Below are positions 44,403 through 53,126 of a DNA stretch of 64,000 bases, in pieces; positions within the stretch are counted from its first letter, which is position 1; every line of letters starts with the position of its first letter. Under the pieces are notes generated by a model that saw only the letters and a program-made list of their open reading frames with translations, had not been told where the DNA came from and searched no databases. Origin of the DNA: Candidatus Hodarchaeaceae archaeon (lineage in GTDB: Archaea > Hadarchaeota > Hadarchaeia > Hadarchaeales > Hadarchaeaceae); the NCBI GenBank assembly GCA_030018135.1, contig JASEGJ010000002.1, positions 1,230 to 65,229 of the forward strand, in the 5' to 3' direction. The translations under genes were made by a program, and so were the position numbers.

Positions 44403-44923
44403 GAAAACCCACGCCAGAAAATTCAGGGAAGAGCGCCTGGGGGAGGTGAAGAAGCACAGGAATGAAACGAATATCGGGCTGCTCTTTCGCGGTCCCCTCT
44501 ATCGTGGGGGCAGGGAGAACCTCTGTTTCATCCCCTGAACGTCAGCACGAGGGAAAGGGTGGCCTTGGACCCGGAGCGCATGACCATCAGTTCGATGTAC
44601 CGCGAGATCCCGAGCTTCGATGTGTTCTCGATGCGCGCCGAGGAGATGCTGGCCGAAAAGGCGAGGGCAATCTTCACGAGAAACAAGCCCCGGATCTTTA
44701 CGATATGTGGTTCCTGCTCGAGAAGGGAATCCGGCTGGACCTGAAGCTGGTGAACCGAAAACTCGCGGCGTGCGGGATGAAGTTCGACGCGAAAAAATTC
44801 GTTGAGCGGATTGAGGGAATGGCCAAACTCTGGAGGGTCGACCTAAAAAATTTGATCATCGGGGAGCTACCGGAGTTCGAGGCGATAAAAGACAGCGTCA
44901 TCAAAAGTGTTTGGCAGTTGTAA
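44403..44923 (+). pseudogene. AbiEii/AbiGii-type nucleotidyltransferase toxin remnant (N-terminally truncated, frameshifted)
   Basis: C-terminal family block ...RAEEMLAEKARAIFTRNKPR / DLYDMWFLLEKG... is split over two frames at CCCCGG (around 44690). The nucleotidyltransferase N-domain is absent. Confidence 0.55.
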
Positions 44924-45213
44924 TGTGGCGACTTTTAGATGGATGACGGGTACGTCGCCCCCCTCACACCCAGCAGGCTTCCGTACCCCCACACCGCTCT
45001 ACTCCGAAACCGTGCTTCGCTTTGCTGGGAACACGACGAGGAGGATTGCCCGCCGCAGTTAGAGGTCATAGAACTCAAGGTAGTGAAAGGACCAAAAGCT
45101 GAAGTCAGTTGGCGGGGCTGCTGCCCCTGCCCAAGGAGGATGTGGTCGAGTCCGTGATAGCGTCCCACCTGTCGAGGGTGCAGAAACTTATTTTTGGGGA
45201 GACAGGTCTGTTT

Positions 45214-46445
45214 ATGCGCAATTTGAAAAAGGCCCTAGGTGGGGAGCTGGACCTCAAGGGAAATATGGGAACGCTGACGATAATGTCCCTACTTTTTGGG
45301 GCATCCTTCAGCATGTTTCTCGCCGTGTGGCAGCCCTTCGTAATAAGCCTGGGGGTCTCGATGACATTCCTCGGCCTACTTCAAAGTTTATGGGGCTGGT
45401 ATGGCATCGTTCCATCGATTTTCGGGCCCATAGGAGGATGGGCTTCCGATAGGCTCGGCAGAAAGCTACTCATAATGTTGGGGGGGATGTTGACCCTAGC
45501 CGCGCTTTTTACATACTTTTTAGCTTGGATGATGGGCAGTTATCTGATCCTTATTCCGGGCGCGATCGCGATGGGGCTTGGAGCCATATCTTGGGCGGCT
45601 AGAGATTCCGCAATAGCTGAGTCAGTTGAGAGGGAGAGGTGGGGAAGCGCTTATAGCCTGATAATTTTTTTTGGATTGATGCCGGGAATTTTCCTTCCGT
45701 TGACGGGGGGCTACATCGCTGAGAGATTCGGCTTCGGCGCGGTATTCCTCATCACCGTGGCCATCCAGGGCGGATATTTGGCCATGGCTTTCTTCCGACT
45801 GAAGGAGACCGTCCGCAGGTCCGTCAAAGGTGTGACATCGTTTTTTAGGGAGCTCAAATGCTCCCTGCGGAGGATATTCATCCGCCCACGAGCTTGAGGA
45901 CCTTTTACCTTGTGATGGCATTCGATGCATTTTCATGGGGTTTGGGGGCGACGATCCTTTACGGCATGCTCGTGAAAACATATGGCTTCACGACTTTTCA
46001 GATAGGCATCCTTTGGAGCATCTTCAACATCTCGTGGGTGGCGACTCAGTTGCCAATAGGGAGGCTCGTCGACAAGTATGGAAGCAAGGCCCTTTTGCTG
46101 GCCTCTGAAACCATAGGAATCCTAACCATCTCGGGATGGCTCCTGTCAGCGAGGTTCTTGGCCTTCGCGACATTGGCGATATTTCACGGGATCGTGGCGG
46201 CTGGTTGGGTTCCAGCCATGCAGACGATGCTGGCATCGGGCGCGGTTTCAACGGAGCGAGGTGAGGTGATGGGCAGGCTCTCCGCATTTCAAGGAAGTGC
46301 TGGATTTTCGGCCCCACTTATAGGGGGCGCTCTCTACGACAAGTTCGGATTTTGGGCCCCCCTGCTGGCGAACTTGGTTGGAGCTTTGATCGTGCTATTT
46401 TTAATCGCAGTTAAAATTCGCGAACCGAGGGCCCCGCAGCCCTAA
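45214..46445 (+). pseudogene. MFS transporter, frameshifted in the central loop
   Basis: ORFs 45109..45897 (TM1-6) and 45858..46445 (TM7-12) form one MFS protein. The frames switch around 45875-45895. Confidence 0.7.
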
Positions 46446-46617
46446 GATCCTCTCAAGTTTTATTCGGAATGTTGATGCGGGTGAGCTGAGCGATAAGCAG
46501 ATAGGCTTGCTGGCCGACTTTTGACGAACCGGGGCTCCGAAATTCGGTTATGCGTGGGGTGGCCCACCGAAGCGCATACTTTATGCCATGGATAAAAAAG
46601 AAAAGATGTTTCAATGG

Positions 46618-47029
46618 CTACGGACCTAAGCAAGTTCTGAGCGGAACCCGCTCCAGGTCAGGGACGCGATCGAATGCCTCGTCGCTTGAGATTACCTTTC
46701 GATCGAGGAGAGCGCGGCGGCAGCGACCAAGCCGTCGAAATAGCTAAGGCCATACTTTTCCTCGAGCTCGCACCGAAGTGCCAGCAGGCCCGCGCCGAGC
46801 GTCTGCGCCTCCTTTACTTGGTGGCGCCTCAAGACCTCGCGGAGCGCGAGCAATGCAACTTTCACCTGCGCCGGCCTCCTGCCTCTCGCCCGGAGGACGA
46901 CCTGAAACTCCAACACCACCACATCCGGGGCAACCACATCCGAGCGATCCTTGAGGAGCTGCAGTGCCTTAGCATGCTTTGGGTCCCTTGGGTTGACGCG
47001 AATAGGACCCCCGTATCAGCGACCGGCAT
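46618..47029 (-). pseudogene. PIN-domain (VapC-like) toxin, at least two frameshifts
   Basis: MPVADTGVLFA / VNPRDPKHAKALQLLKDRSDVVAPDVVVLEFQ...YFDGLVAAAALSSIE / KVISSDEAFDRVPDLERV is spread over three frames. One break is at an A3 run near 46692. Confidence 0.55.
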
Positions 47030-47158
47030 GCCTCATCACCCACCTCTCGGCCCGTCTTTCCTCCTTGGCCTCGTCGTAGGGCTCCCGTACAACATCCCCC
47101 AAGCGCTCAATTGCGTTAGCCCTTAAGACGTTCTTCGTCACACATCTGAAATGTGTAA

Positions 47159-47707
47159 TCACCGCGTTCGGGGTAATGCCTCCATCACGAGTTCCGCGAG
47201 CATGCTGGGCAGCTTCGCTCGATTGCCCGGCGTGACCTCGAACAACTTGACGTCGGGCCTAGACTTGACCGCGCCTATGAAGCCGCTAGCCGTTCGCTGG
47301 TGGATGACCGCAAGCAGCGGCTTGGGCGAGTCAAGCGCCGCCAGCACAGCGCGCCTGAAGCCCTCGCTGTGCACCTCCATCGGGGCGATCTCGTCTATCA
47401 CCACGAAGTCCGCCTCCCTTAGCGCCCGCCCGATCGAGGCCTCGCTCATCTCGTCCACGTTCGCAACGTTCACGCGGTACTTGCTCACCTGGAGGCCCGA
47501 GGGCTGATCGACATGTGCTAAAATGCGCTCCTCGCCCGTCACGAGGTCGACCATCTTGAAGCCGAGCCTCTCGCCCCGCTCCCTGATCTCCGGGCAGTAA
47601 AGCCCCCCCGCTTTAAAGCCGCGCGCGCGCAGGAGTTCGACCGCGCCCTCGATGACCGATGTCTTGCCGCTGCCGGGGCGCCCGGTGATCAGGAAGTTGT
47701 TCGGCAT
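47159..47707 (-). CDS. nucleoside-triphosphatase THEP1 family
   Basis: FLITGRPGSGKTS Walker A and VVIDEIAPME Walker B in about 180 aa. Start placed at MPNNF. Confidence 0.85.
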   Translation of the reverse strand: MPNNFLITGRPGSGKTSVIEGAVELLRARGFKAGGLYCPEIRERGERLGFKMVDLVTGEERILAHVDQPSGLQVSKYRVNVANVDEMSEASIGRALREADFVVIDEIAPMEVHSEGFRRAVLAALDSPKPLLAVIHQRTASGFIGAVKSRPDVKLFEVTPGNRAKLPSMLAELVMEALPRTR

Positions 47708-47741
47708 TCCACCACATCGCTTGAAATATCCGCGACCAAAC

Positions 47742-48494
47742 TTGTATGAGGGTGATTTGATAATAACGCTGTCGGGGGAGCGGGTGAGCAAGCAGCAACT
47801 GAGGGAGCGGGTGTGGCGGGAGCTGGAGGCCAAGGGCGTCGTCGCGTTTCCTAGGCCGGCTTGCGGGCGCATCCCGAACTTCATAGGCAGCGAGCTCGCC
47901 GCCGAACGCCTGCGCTCGCTTCCGGCCTACGCCTCGGCTAGGACGATCATGGCCAACCCAGATGCCGCGCAGCTTGCCGTTCGAGAACTCGCGCTGCGGG
48001 ACGGCAAGCGCCTGCTGATGGCATCGCCCCGCCTTCGAGCCGGCTTCATCCTGCTCGACCCGAGGACCATCCGGGACCCGAGGCGAGCTGCGACGATCCG
48101 AGGGGCCCTCAAGCACGGGCGCAAAGTAAATGTCAGGCAAGTGAAAGTTGACTTGATCGTCGAAGGATCCGTCGCGGTCGATTTGAAGGGGGGTCGAGTG
48201 GGCAAGGGCGGAGGCTTCGGCGACCTCGAGGTGGCCATCCTCAGGGAGGTCGGCGCGGCGACGGACGACACGCCGATCCTCACAACCGTCCACGAGCTAC
48301 AGATCGTCGAAAGCGTCCCCATGACCGAGCACGACGCGCCGGTCGACTTCATCATCACCCCCGGAAGGACGATCGAGGTAAAACGTGTTCATCGGAAGCC
48401 CAAGGGCATCCTCTGGGAGCTTTTGCCCCCCGATGGATTTAAGCGGATGCCAATCCTTGGCGAGATCAGGGCAAGTCGCCAACAGCCTCCTTAA
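47742..48494 (+). CDS. 5-formyltetrahydrofolate cyclo-ligase family protein
   Basis: GRIPNF..., VDLIVEGSVAVDLKGGRVGKGGGFGDLE and the family layout. The TTG start is provisional. Confidence 0.75.
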   Translation: MYEGDLIITLSGERVSKQQLRERVWRELEAKGVVAFPRPACGRIPNFIGSELAAERLRSLPAYASARTIMANPDAAQLAVRELALRDGKRLLMASPRLRAGFILLDPRTIRDPRRAATIRGALKHGRKVNVRQVKVDLIVEGSVAVDLKGGRVGKGGGFGDLEVAILREVGAATDDTPILTTVHELQIVESVPMTEHDAPVDFIITPGRTIEVKRVHRKPKGILWELLPPDGFKRMPILGEIRASRQQPP

Positions 48495-48544
48495 AATTTG
48501 GCGTTCTAAATTATGGAAGTGTGAATTAAGGCGAGGTCGGAAAG

Positions 48545-48652
48545 TTGAAATGTCCTAGATGCGGGGCCCGTGATGCGCCCCCACACGCCTGCGCGATGGT
48601 CCCAAAGGTCATTTGGGCGTGCTCTAAGTGCGGATACTTCATCGGGGAGTAA
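48545..48652 (+). CDS. possible 35-aa zinc-ribbon micro-protein
   Basis: (M)KCPRCGARDAPPHACAMVPKVIWACSKCGYFIGE has two CxxC pairs. GAGGT lies upstream of a TTG start. Below the ORF-track cutoff. Confidence 0.3.
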   Translation: MKCPRCGARDAPPHACAMVPKVIWACSKCGYFIGE

Positions 48653-48759
48653 TCCTTTCCCCAAAGAAGGGGGTGTTTGCTTTAGGCCTGCCCACCGGAG
48701 GTTAAAAGAGCTAGAAAAACTTGGATTAGTCATAAGAACTCCAAAAAAAAGTGGGAACT

Positions 48760-49526
48760 ATGTGCGAGAAACAAGCGCATAATGCCAACAAACCGCAAGA
48801 AATCGCGGGCGTGGACGAGGCGGGTAGAGTACCGAGGTCATGCTTGGTGCGCCCATAGGCCCAGTGTTTGGCCCGATGGTTCTTTGCGGTGCGATGTTTG
48901 AAAAAAAAGCGCTCGACGAACTCAAAGTTGCCGGCGTCAGGGATTCGAAGCTCCTGAGCCCGAGCAAGCGTGAAGCACTCGCCAAACTGATAGCCAAAAA
49001 GGCGTTGAAAATCGAGGTCGTCGAGCTCTCGCCTGCGGAAATTGACGAGTTGCGGCTCGTAAGAAAAATAAACCTCAACGAGGTTGAGGCCATGAATTTC
49101 GCCCGGATCTTGGATCGCCTGAAGCCGGAGATCGCCTACGTCGACTCCGCGGACCCGGACCCAAAGATGTTTGAGGGGAGGATCAGGCGCCACATGGGGG
49201 GTAAGCCAGAACTTGTGGTGGAAAACTTCGCCGACCGCAAATATCCGGCGGTCGCTGCGGCCTCCATCGTTGCGAAGGTCCGGCGCGACCAGCGCGTCGC
49301 GGAGCTGCGCCAGCGCTACGGCGACTTCGGCTCCGGCTACTCGTCGGACCCGAGGACCATCCGATTCCTCGAGCGATGGGTCCGCGAGCACGGAGAGCTG
49401 CCGGAGTTCTCCCGCCGCTCGTGGGAGACGGCGCGGCGCGTCGGGAAACAGATGAAACAGAAGTCGTGCGGCAAAGCGAAAGGGACTAAAAAATGTGAAA
49501 ATTTTCACGATCGAGGGCGGGCTTGA
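48760..49526 (+). pseudogene. rnhB: ribonuclease HII, N-terminal catalytic motif in a different frame
   Basis: ATG 48760 encodes MCEKQAHNANKPQEIAGVDEAGRVPRS... and then stops. The rest (GAPIGPVFGPMVLCGA...DSKLL...SGYSSDPRT) is in the 48840..49526 frame. The DEAGR motif is needed for activity, so this is a frameshift or an assembly error. Confidence 0.8.
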
Positions 49527-50176
49527 AACCGTTTAAAATTGGCCCCCGATGTCCCCGACACAACTAACAACGAGCTTCATCGACTGTCTTTTCGACGTTC
49601 TTCGCTCGCTAACCCTCGATGGCGGGTTTTCTCGGGAGCCACCCACCTGTTTCACACCAGGGTTGGCTTCAAGGTCATCGTTAGGTGTTTCCGCCAGTTA
49701 CTCCCCGAAGGACCCAATTTTGGTGTGTTTTTCGGTGGGCTTGCTCAGATGTGCCCGCGGTGATGCACCGGTGTTCACGAGTCGCACCAGCTCTCGATTC
49801 CCGCGGATATCCCTTCATCGCGATATAAATTTGGCTTTTGGTGATTATAAGGTTTAGACCATTGGTCCCCCCTTTTATAGGCCGCCTTGTCCAGCCAACC
49901 TGAGCGGGAGTTCCGGGGCGGGCTCCCTGTACAAAATCGTCAACACGGCGAGGAGCGCCCCGACGAGGACAAGCGGGCCAAACTTTAATCACGGCGTAAG
50001 ATAATGCTTTCAACGATATTAGGCGGATTGTAGTAGATACTAGAAATATGTCAAAAATATTCGGTGAAAATCTTATTATTCTTATAAAGTGGCTTGTTCA
50101 AGAAAAATAAGTGCAATTAAAGCTGCATTGAACTAAAAAGCGAAAATTTTATATGGGGCTGAAATGAAGTATTATT

Positions 50177-50466
50177 GCGCCGAGAGGGTGAAACCGGGAA
50201 GGCCTCTAGAACCGACCCCTGTGGATCCCACTGGTAGGAACCCTAAGAGATATAGGCCAGTCTGGAGGGGTTCCGAACAGCAGGCTGTGGAGGTAGGTTC
50301 GAAAACGCTTGACGGGCTACAGCGTGGAAAGCCCGTAAGGGTAATCCGCACGATCCGTGATGGATCGGAACGACGTGGTTCGGCGGGCTGTCTGAAAAGG
50401 CGGTTCGCGCGGGCTACGTCGTCTGCAGCCATCGAGTGGCTGAGGTTTGGGCCTTTATCTCGGCGC
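50177..50466 (+). ncRNA. ~290-nt structured RNA of unassigned class
   Basis: A TTTTATAT box (50147-50154) lies about 27 nt upstream. A terminal 9-bp helix pairs GCGCCGAGA (50177-85) with TCTCGGCGC (50458-66) and is followed by TTTT. Many nested helices are present, including a GAAA-capped 9-bp hairpin (50385-50406). The ORFs on both strands here look non-protein-like. Confidence 0.55.
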
Positions 50467-50537
50467 CTTTTATCCGTCTAATTAACGGAAACTTAAATTT
50501 CGATAAAATTCAAACGAAAATTGATCGTGGTGTCCGC

Positions 50538-51413
50538 GTGAGCGTCATCCGTAGTTTTGATCCGTGGGGGGATCCTCTTTGTACCTGCCCGAAAAAATAC
50601 AGCTTCGACCCCTACACCGGCTGTCCGCATTCCTGTTTGTACTGCTACATCACCTCTTACGTGCCTCGCGCCTTCGATTGTAGACCAAAGGAGAACTTGA
50701 TCAAACGCGTCGAGCGGGACCTGGGTAAGATCGACAAACGTTGCGCCATAAGCATGTCCAACAGCTCCGATCCGTATCCGCCCATGGAGGCGAAGCTAAA
50801 GTTGACTCGATCTTGCCTCGAGCTTTTTGCACGCGAGTGCTGCCGCGTGCTCGTGATAACCAAGTCTGACCTCGTCGCGAGGGACGTTGACCTCCTCGCT
50901 CAAATGTCGGTTGCGGTGAGCGTGACGATCACAACGATGGATGAGGAGTTGAACAGGAAGCTCGAGCCCGGCGCACCGAGTTCAAGACGGCGGCTAACCG
51001 CCATGAGAGAGCTTGCCAACCATCAAGTATCGGTTACCCTGCGCCTCGATCCAATTATCCCATTCGTAAACGATGCTCAGTTCGAGGATGTAATCGAAGC
51101 CGCTGCTGCGTGCGGGATCGAGCACGTGACCTCCTCGACGTTCAAGTTGCGGCCCGACAACTGGCGGCGGATTCGAGATGCCTTTCCCGATGCCGCGGCT
51201 CGCATGGGGCCGCTTTATTTTAAACATGGTGGGCGATATCGCAACAGCTGGTATCTGCCCATTGATCTCAGGCGAAGGTTGATGACCCGAGCAAAGGCAA
51301 CGTGCGATAGACTTGGGCTTACGTTCGCCACATGCCGCGAGGGGATACCCGAGTTGATGTCCGGGATGAGCTGCGATGGCAGCCACCTCGTCCGCATGCC
51401 CAGCTCCAACTAA
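50538..51413 (+). CDS. radical SAM protein, SplB/DNA-repair-photolyase-like
   Basis: CPHSCLYCY CxxxCxxC cluster near the N-terminus and a TIM-barrel-like remainder. The GTG start is provisional. Confidence 0.8.
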   Translation: MSVIRSFDPWGDPLCTCPKKYSFDPYTGCPHSCLYCYITSYVPRAFDCRPKENLIKRVERDLGKIDKRCAISMSNSSDPYPPMEAKLKLTRSCLELFARECCRVLVITKSDLVARDVDLLAQMSVAVSVTITTMDEELNRKLEPGAPSSRRRLTAMRELANHQVSVTLRLDPIIPFVNDAQFEDVIEAAAACGIEHVTSSTFKLRPDNWRRIRDAFPDAAARMGPLYFKHGGRYRNSWYLPIDLRRRLMTRAKATCDRLGLTFATCREGIPELMSGMSCDGSHLVRMPSSN

Positions 51414-51414
51414 G

Positions 51415-52053
51415 CTACTTTAGAACCTCCCCAGTTTTCAAATACCACAGGTAGAGGTCCAACTCAGCTAAGGATATGCCGAGTCTCTTCGCCAGCTTCG
51501 CCAGCTTCCCCTCGATCTCCAAATATTTTTTCCCTGTCAGAGTTTTCGGTGCCCGATCTATCATTCCGTGCTCGTGCATGACCGAGAGGATATGCCTATC
51601 CAAAATTGCTATGTCATCGAAGCCAACGTTCCTCAAAAAATGACTTGCCTCTTTGTAGCCGATGCCTTTTACATTTTTGACCAACCACTCCCTCGCGCTT
51701 TTGGCGTCCGAGAACTTTTTGATGATGTTTTTTATGTTTCTAAACCTTCTCGCCTCGCAGATGAACTCCGCCCTGTTGCTGTAAAATCTATGCCCCATTT
51801 TTCTGAGCCTGTTCATGAGCTCAATTTTTGATAATGTTGAGAACCCTTCGCTGCCCAACTCCCGCTGAATCTTTACTCCCAACTTGGCGGAGGAGTTGGC
51901 GGTTAGGATGCAAAAACAAAGCTCCGAGAACCATTCGTCCGTGCCTCTCCTCCCGAGCCCATTGAACATCCGCATTCTTTCGCCGACTATTCTGCTAACA
52001 TCGCCCGAGCTCAGCGCCTTCACTTGCTCGACAAGCGCGTCTGCGTCCATCAA
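51415..52053 (-). CDS. ogg: N-glycosylase/DNA lyase (archaeal Ogg2-type 8-oxoguanine glycosylase)
   Basis: HhH-GPD layout with VKGIGYKEASHFLRNVG...AILDRH. Confidence 0.82.
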   Translation of the reverse strand: MMDADALVEQVKALSSGDVSRIVGERMRMFNGLGRRGTDEWFSELCFCILTANSSAKLGVKIQRELGSEGFSTLSKIELMNRLRKMGHRFYSNRAEFICEARRFRNIKNIIKKFSDAKSAREWLVKNVKGIGYKEASHFLRNVGFDDIAILDRHILSVMHEHGMIDRAPKTLTGKKYLEIEGKLAKLAKRLGISLAELDLYLWYLKTGEVLK

Positions 52054-52191
52054 ACCACGCTTTAGCCTAAGTTGCTACTTTATCCTCCAAAATTGTTGCT
52101 GGGTAAACCCTTGAGATTCAATCGGACGCATCTATTTTTAACCCTTGATGGGCCCCTTAAAATCATCAAAATCGTGATACCATTGAGCAGC

Positions 52192-53022
52192 CTACGGCGC
52201 GGTCGCTTCCACCGCCGCATCGAGCTGCCCTTGCGTGAATTTTAGCAACTCGTGCGCAGTACATGGGGGTATCTTCCAATCGTGCATCGCTGCATCTACT
52301 GGGCTTGCATCGAGCACTGAAAAGTTTGCCACCTGTTCGGGCGCGAGCGGCAGCGATACCAAGCCCGACTTCGGATTGAGGCTCATCGGTGCCAACAAAA
52401 GACCTCGCCTCAACCGAAGTTCGGAGAGGAGGCAGGTGTCCAATCCCATTTTAACAATAATCTGGGGGCCAGTTGCATCGATGCAAAAACTAGAGCATCG
52501 CTCGATCAAATAGCCCGCAATATATCTCGTTAGCGTTCCCTGAATGTCGCTTAATACTTCCACGTTATCGAACCCCGCGTCGTAGGGGATCGCCTCGAGG
52601 GGGATGATGAGATCGAAGCCGAGTTCGCCGGAGTACTTGACCCATGGCTCGGAAAGCCCACCATCTGATAGCGCATCCAACACGGCGATCGTAACCTTTT
52701 TGGCGAAATTTAATCCGCCATTGGTCGAGCGAATGGTCCAAACCAAATCATGGCCGAGCGAATGGTGTGGCTCCCGCGGCTGCGCGTAGCGCCAGTAGGA
52801 TGCGTAAAAGGCCGTTGCGCCAGCGCGCAAAGCCAACTCTATCGTTGCCTCTGAGTCGAAAACCACCGGGCGCCCGCGCTCGGCATCCTCTGAGGTGAGG
52901 TAACGCTGTACGCTCTTGGTGCGTCGGTTGAAGAATGCGCACTCTCGCACGGCGGTGCCGTTGCCTGCACGCGCGAAATCCAGGATCGCCCGTTTGACGT
53001 CCGATCGTCTGTAGTAGTTCAT
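52192..53022 (-). CDS. PriS-like archaeo-eukaryotic primase (AEP) fold protein lacking catalytic residues
   Basis: Co-linear with PriS blocks: RECAFF (PriS REFGF), AFYASYWRYAQP...GHDLVWTIRS (PriS ...ELVFDIDA), YSGELGFDLIIPL (PriS YSGRGYHI) and LRLRRGLLLAPMSLNPKSGL (PriS LRLPSTLHSKVGL). Start at MNYYRR, preceded by GAGGGGAG. Confidence 0.6.
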   Translation of the reverse strand: MNYYRRSDVKRAILDFARAGNGTAVRECAFFNRRTKSVQRYLTSEDAERGRPVVFDSEATIELALRAGATAFYASYWRYAQPREPHHSLGHDLVWTIRSTNGGLNFAKKVTIAVLDALSDGGLSEPWVKYSGELGFDLIIPLEAIPYDAGFDNVEVLSDIQGTLTRYIAGYLIERCSSFCIDATGPQIIVKMGLDTCLLSELRLRRGLLLAPMSLNPKSGLVSLPLAPEQVANFSVLDASPVDAAMHDWKIPPCTAHELLKFTQGQLDAAVEATAP

Positions 53023-53050
53023 TCCGCTCCCCTCGAACGGTTGGAGGGTG

Positions 53051-53092
53051 CTTTTAAGCGGTTTTGGGGGAGAGAGGTCACCGAAAGTAATC
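53051..53092 (-). promoter_or_regulatory. copy C of the GATTACTTTCGGTGACCTCTCTCCCCCAAAACCGCTTAAAAG promoter element
   Basis: Same element and same orientation as copies A and B. The TTAAAA box lies about 35 nt before the ATG at 53022. Confidence 0.6.
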
Positions 53093-53126
53093 GTTTTTTT
53101 ATACATATGCAACAAAAAAATAAGGA

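Noticed and set aside
50177-50466. Assignment of the structured RNA to RNase P RNA or SRP (7S) RNA.
   Set aside because: The size and terminal helix fit both. However, I could not find the near-universal GAGGAAAGUCC and ACAGAA-CCGGCUUA (P4) motifs of RNase P, or the CAGGCCCGGAAGGGAGCA helix-8 motif of archaeal SRP. The only GGAAAGCCCG-like word is in the middle of the molecule, where a P4 geometry is impossible. The RNA is left unclassified pending a covariance-model search.
50164-50481. 105-aa ORF (MKYYCAERVKPGRP...) and its antisense partner 50172..50432.
   Set aside because: Extremely basic, non-protein-like sequence open on both strands. The region folds into a closed multi-helix RNA with its own TATA box and T-run, so it is treated as an ncRNA.
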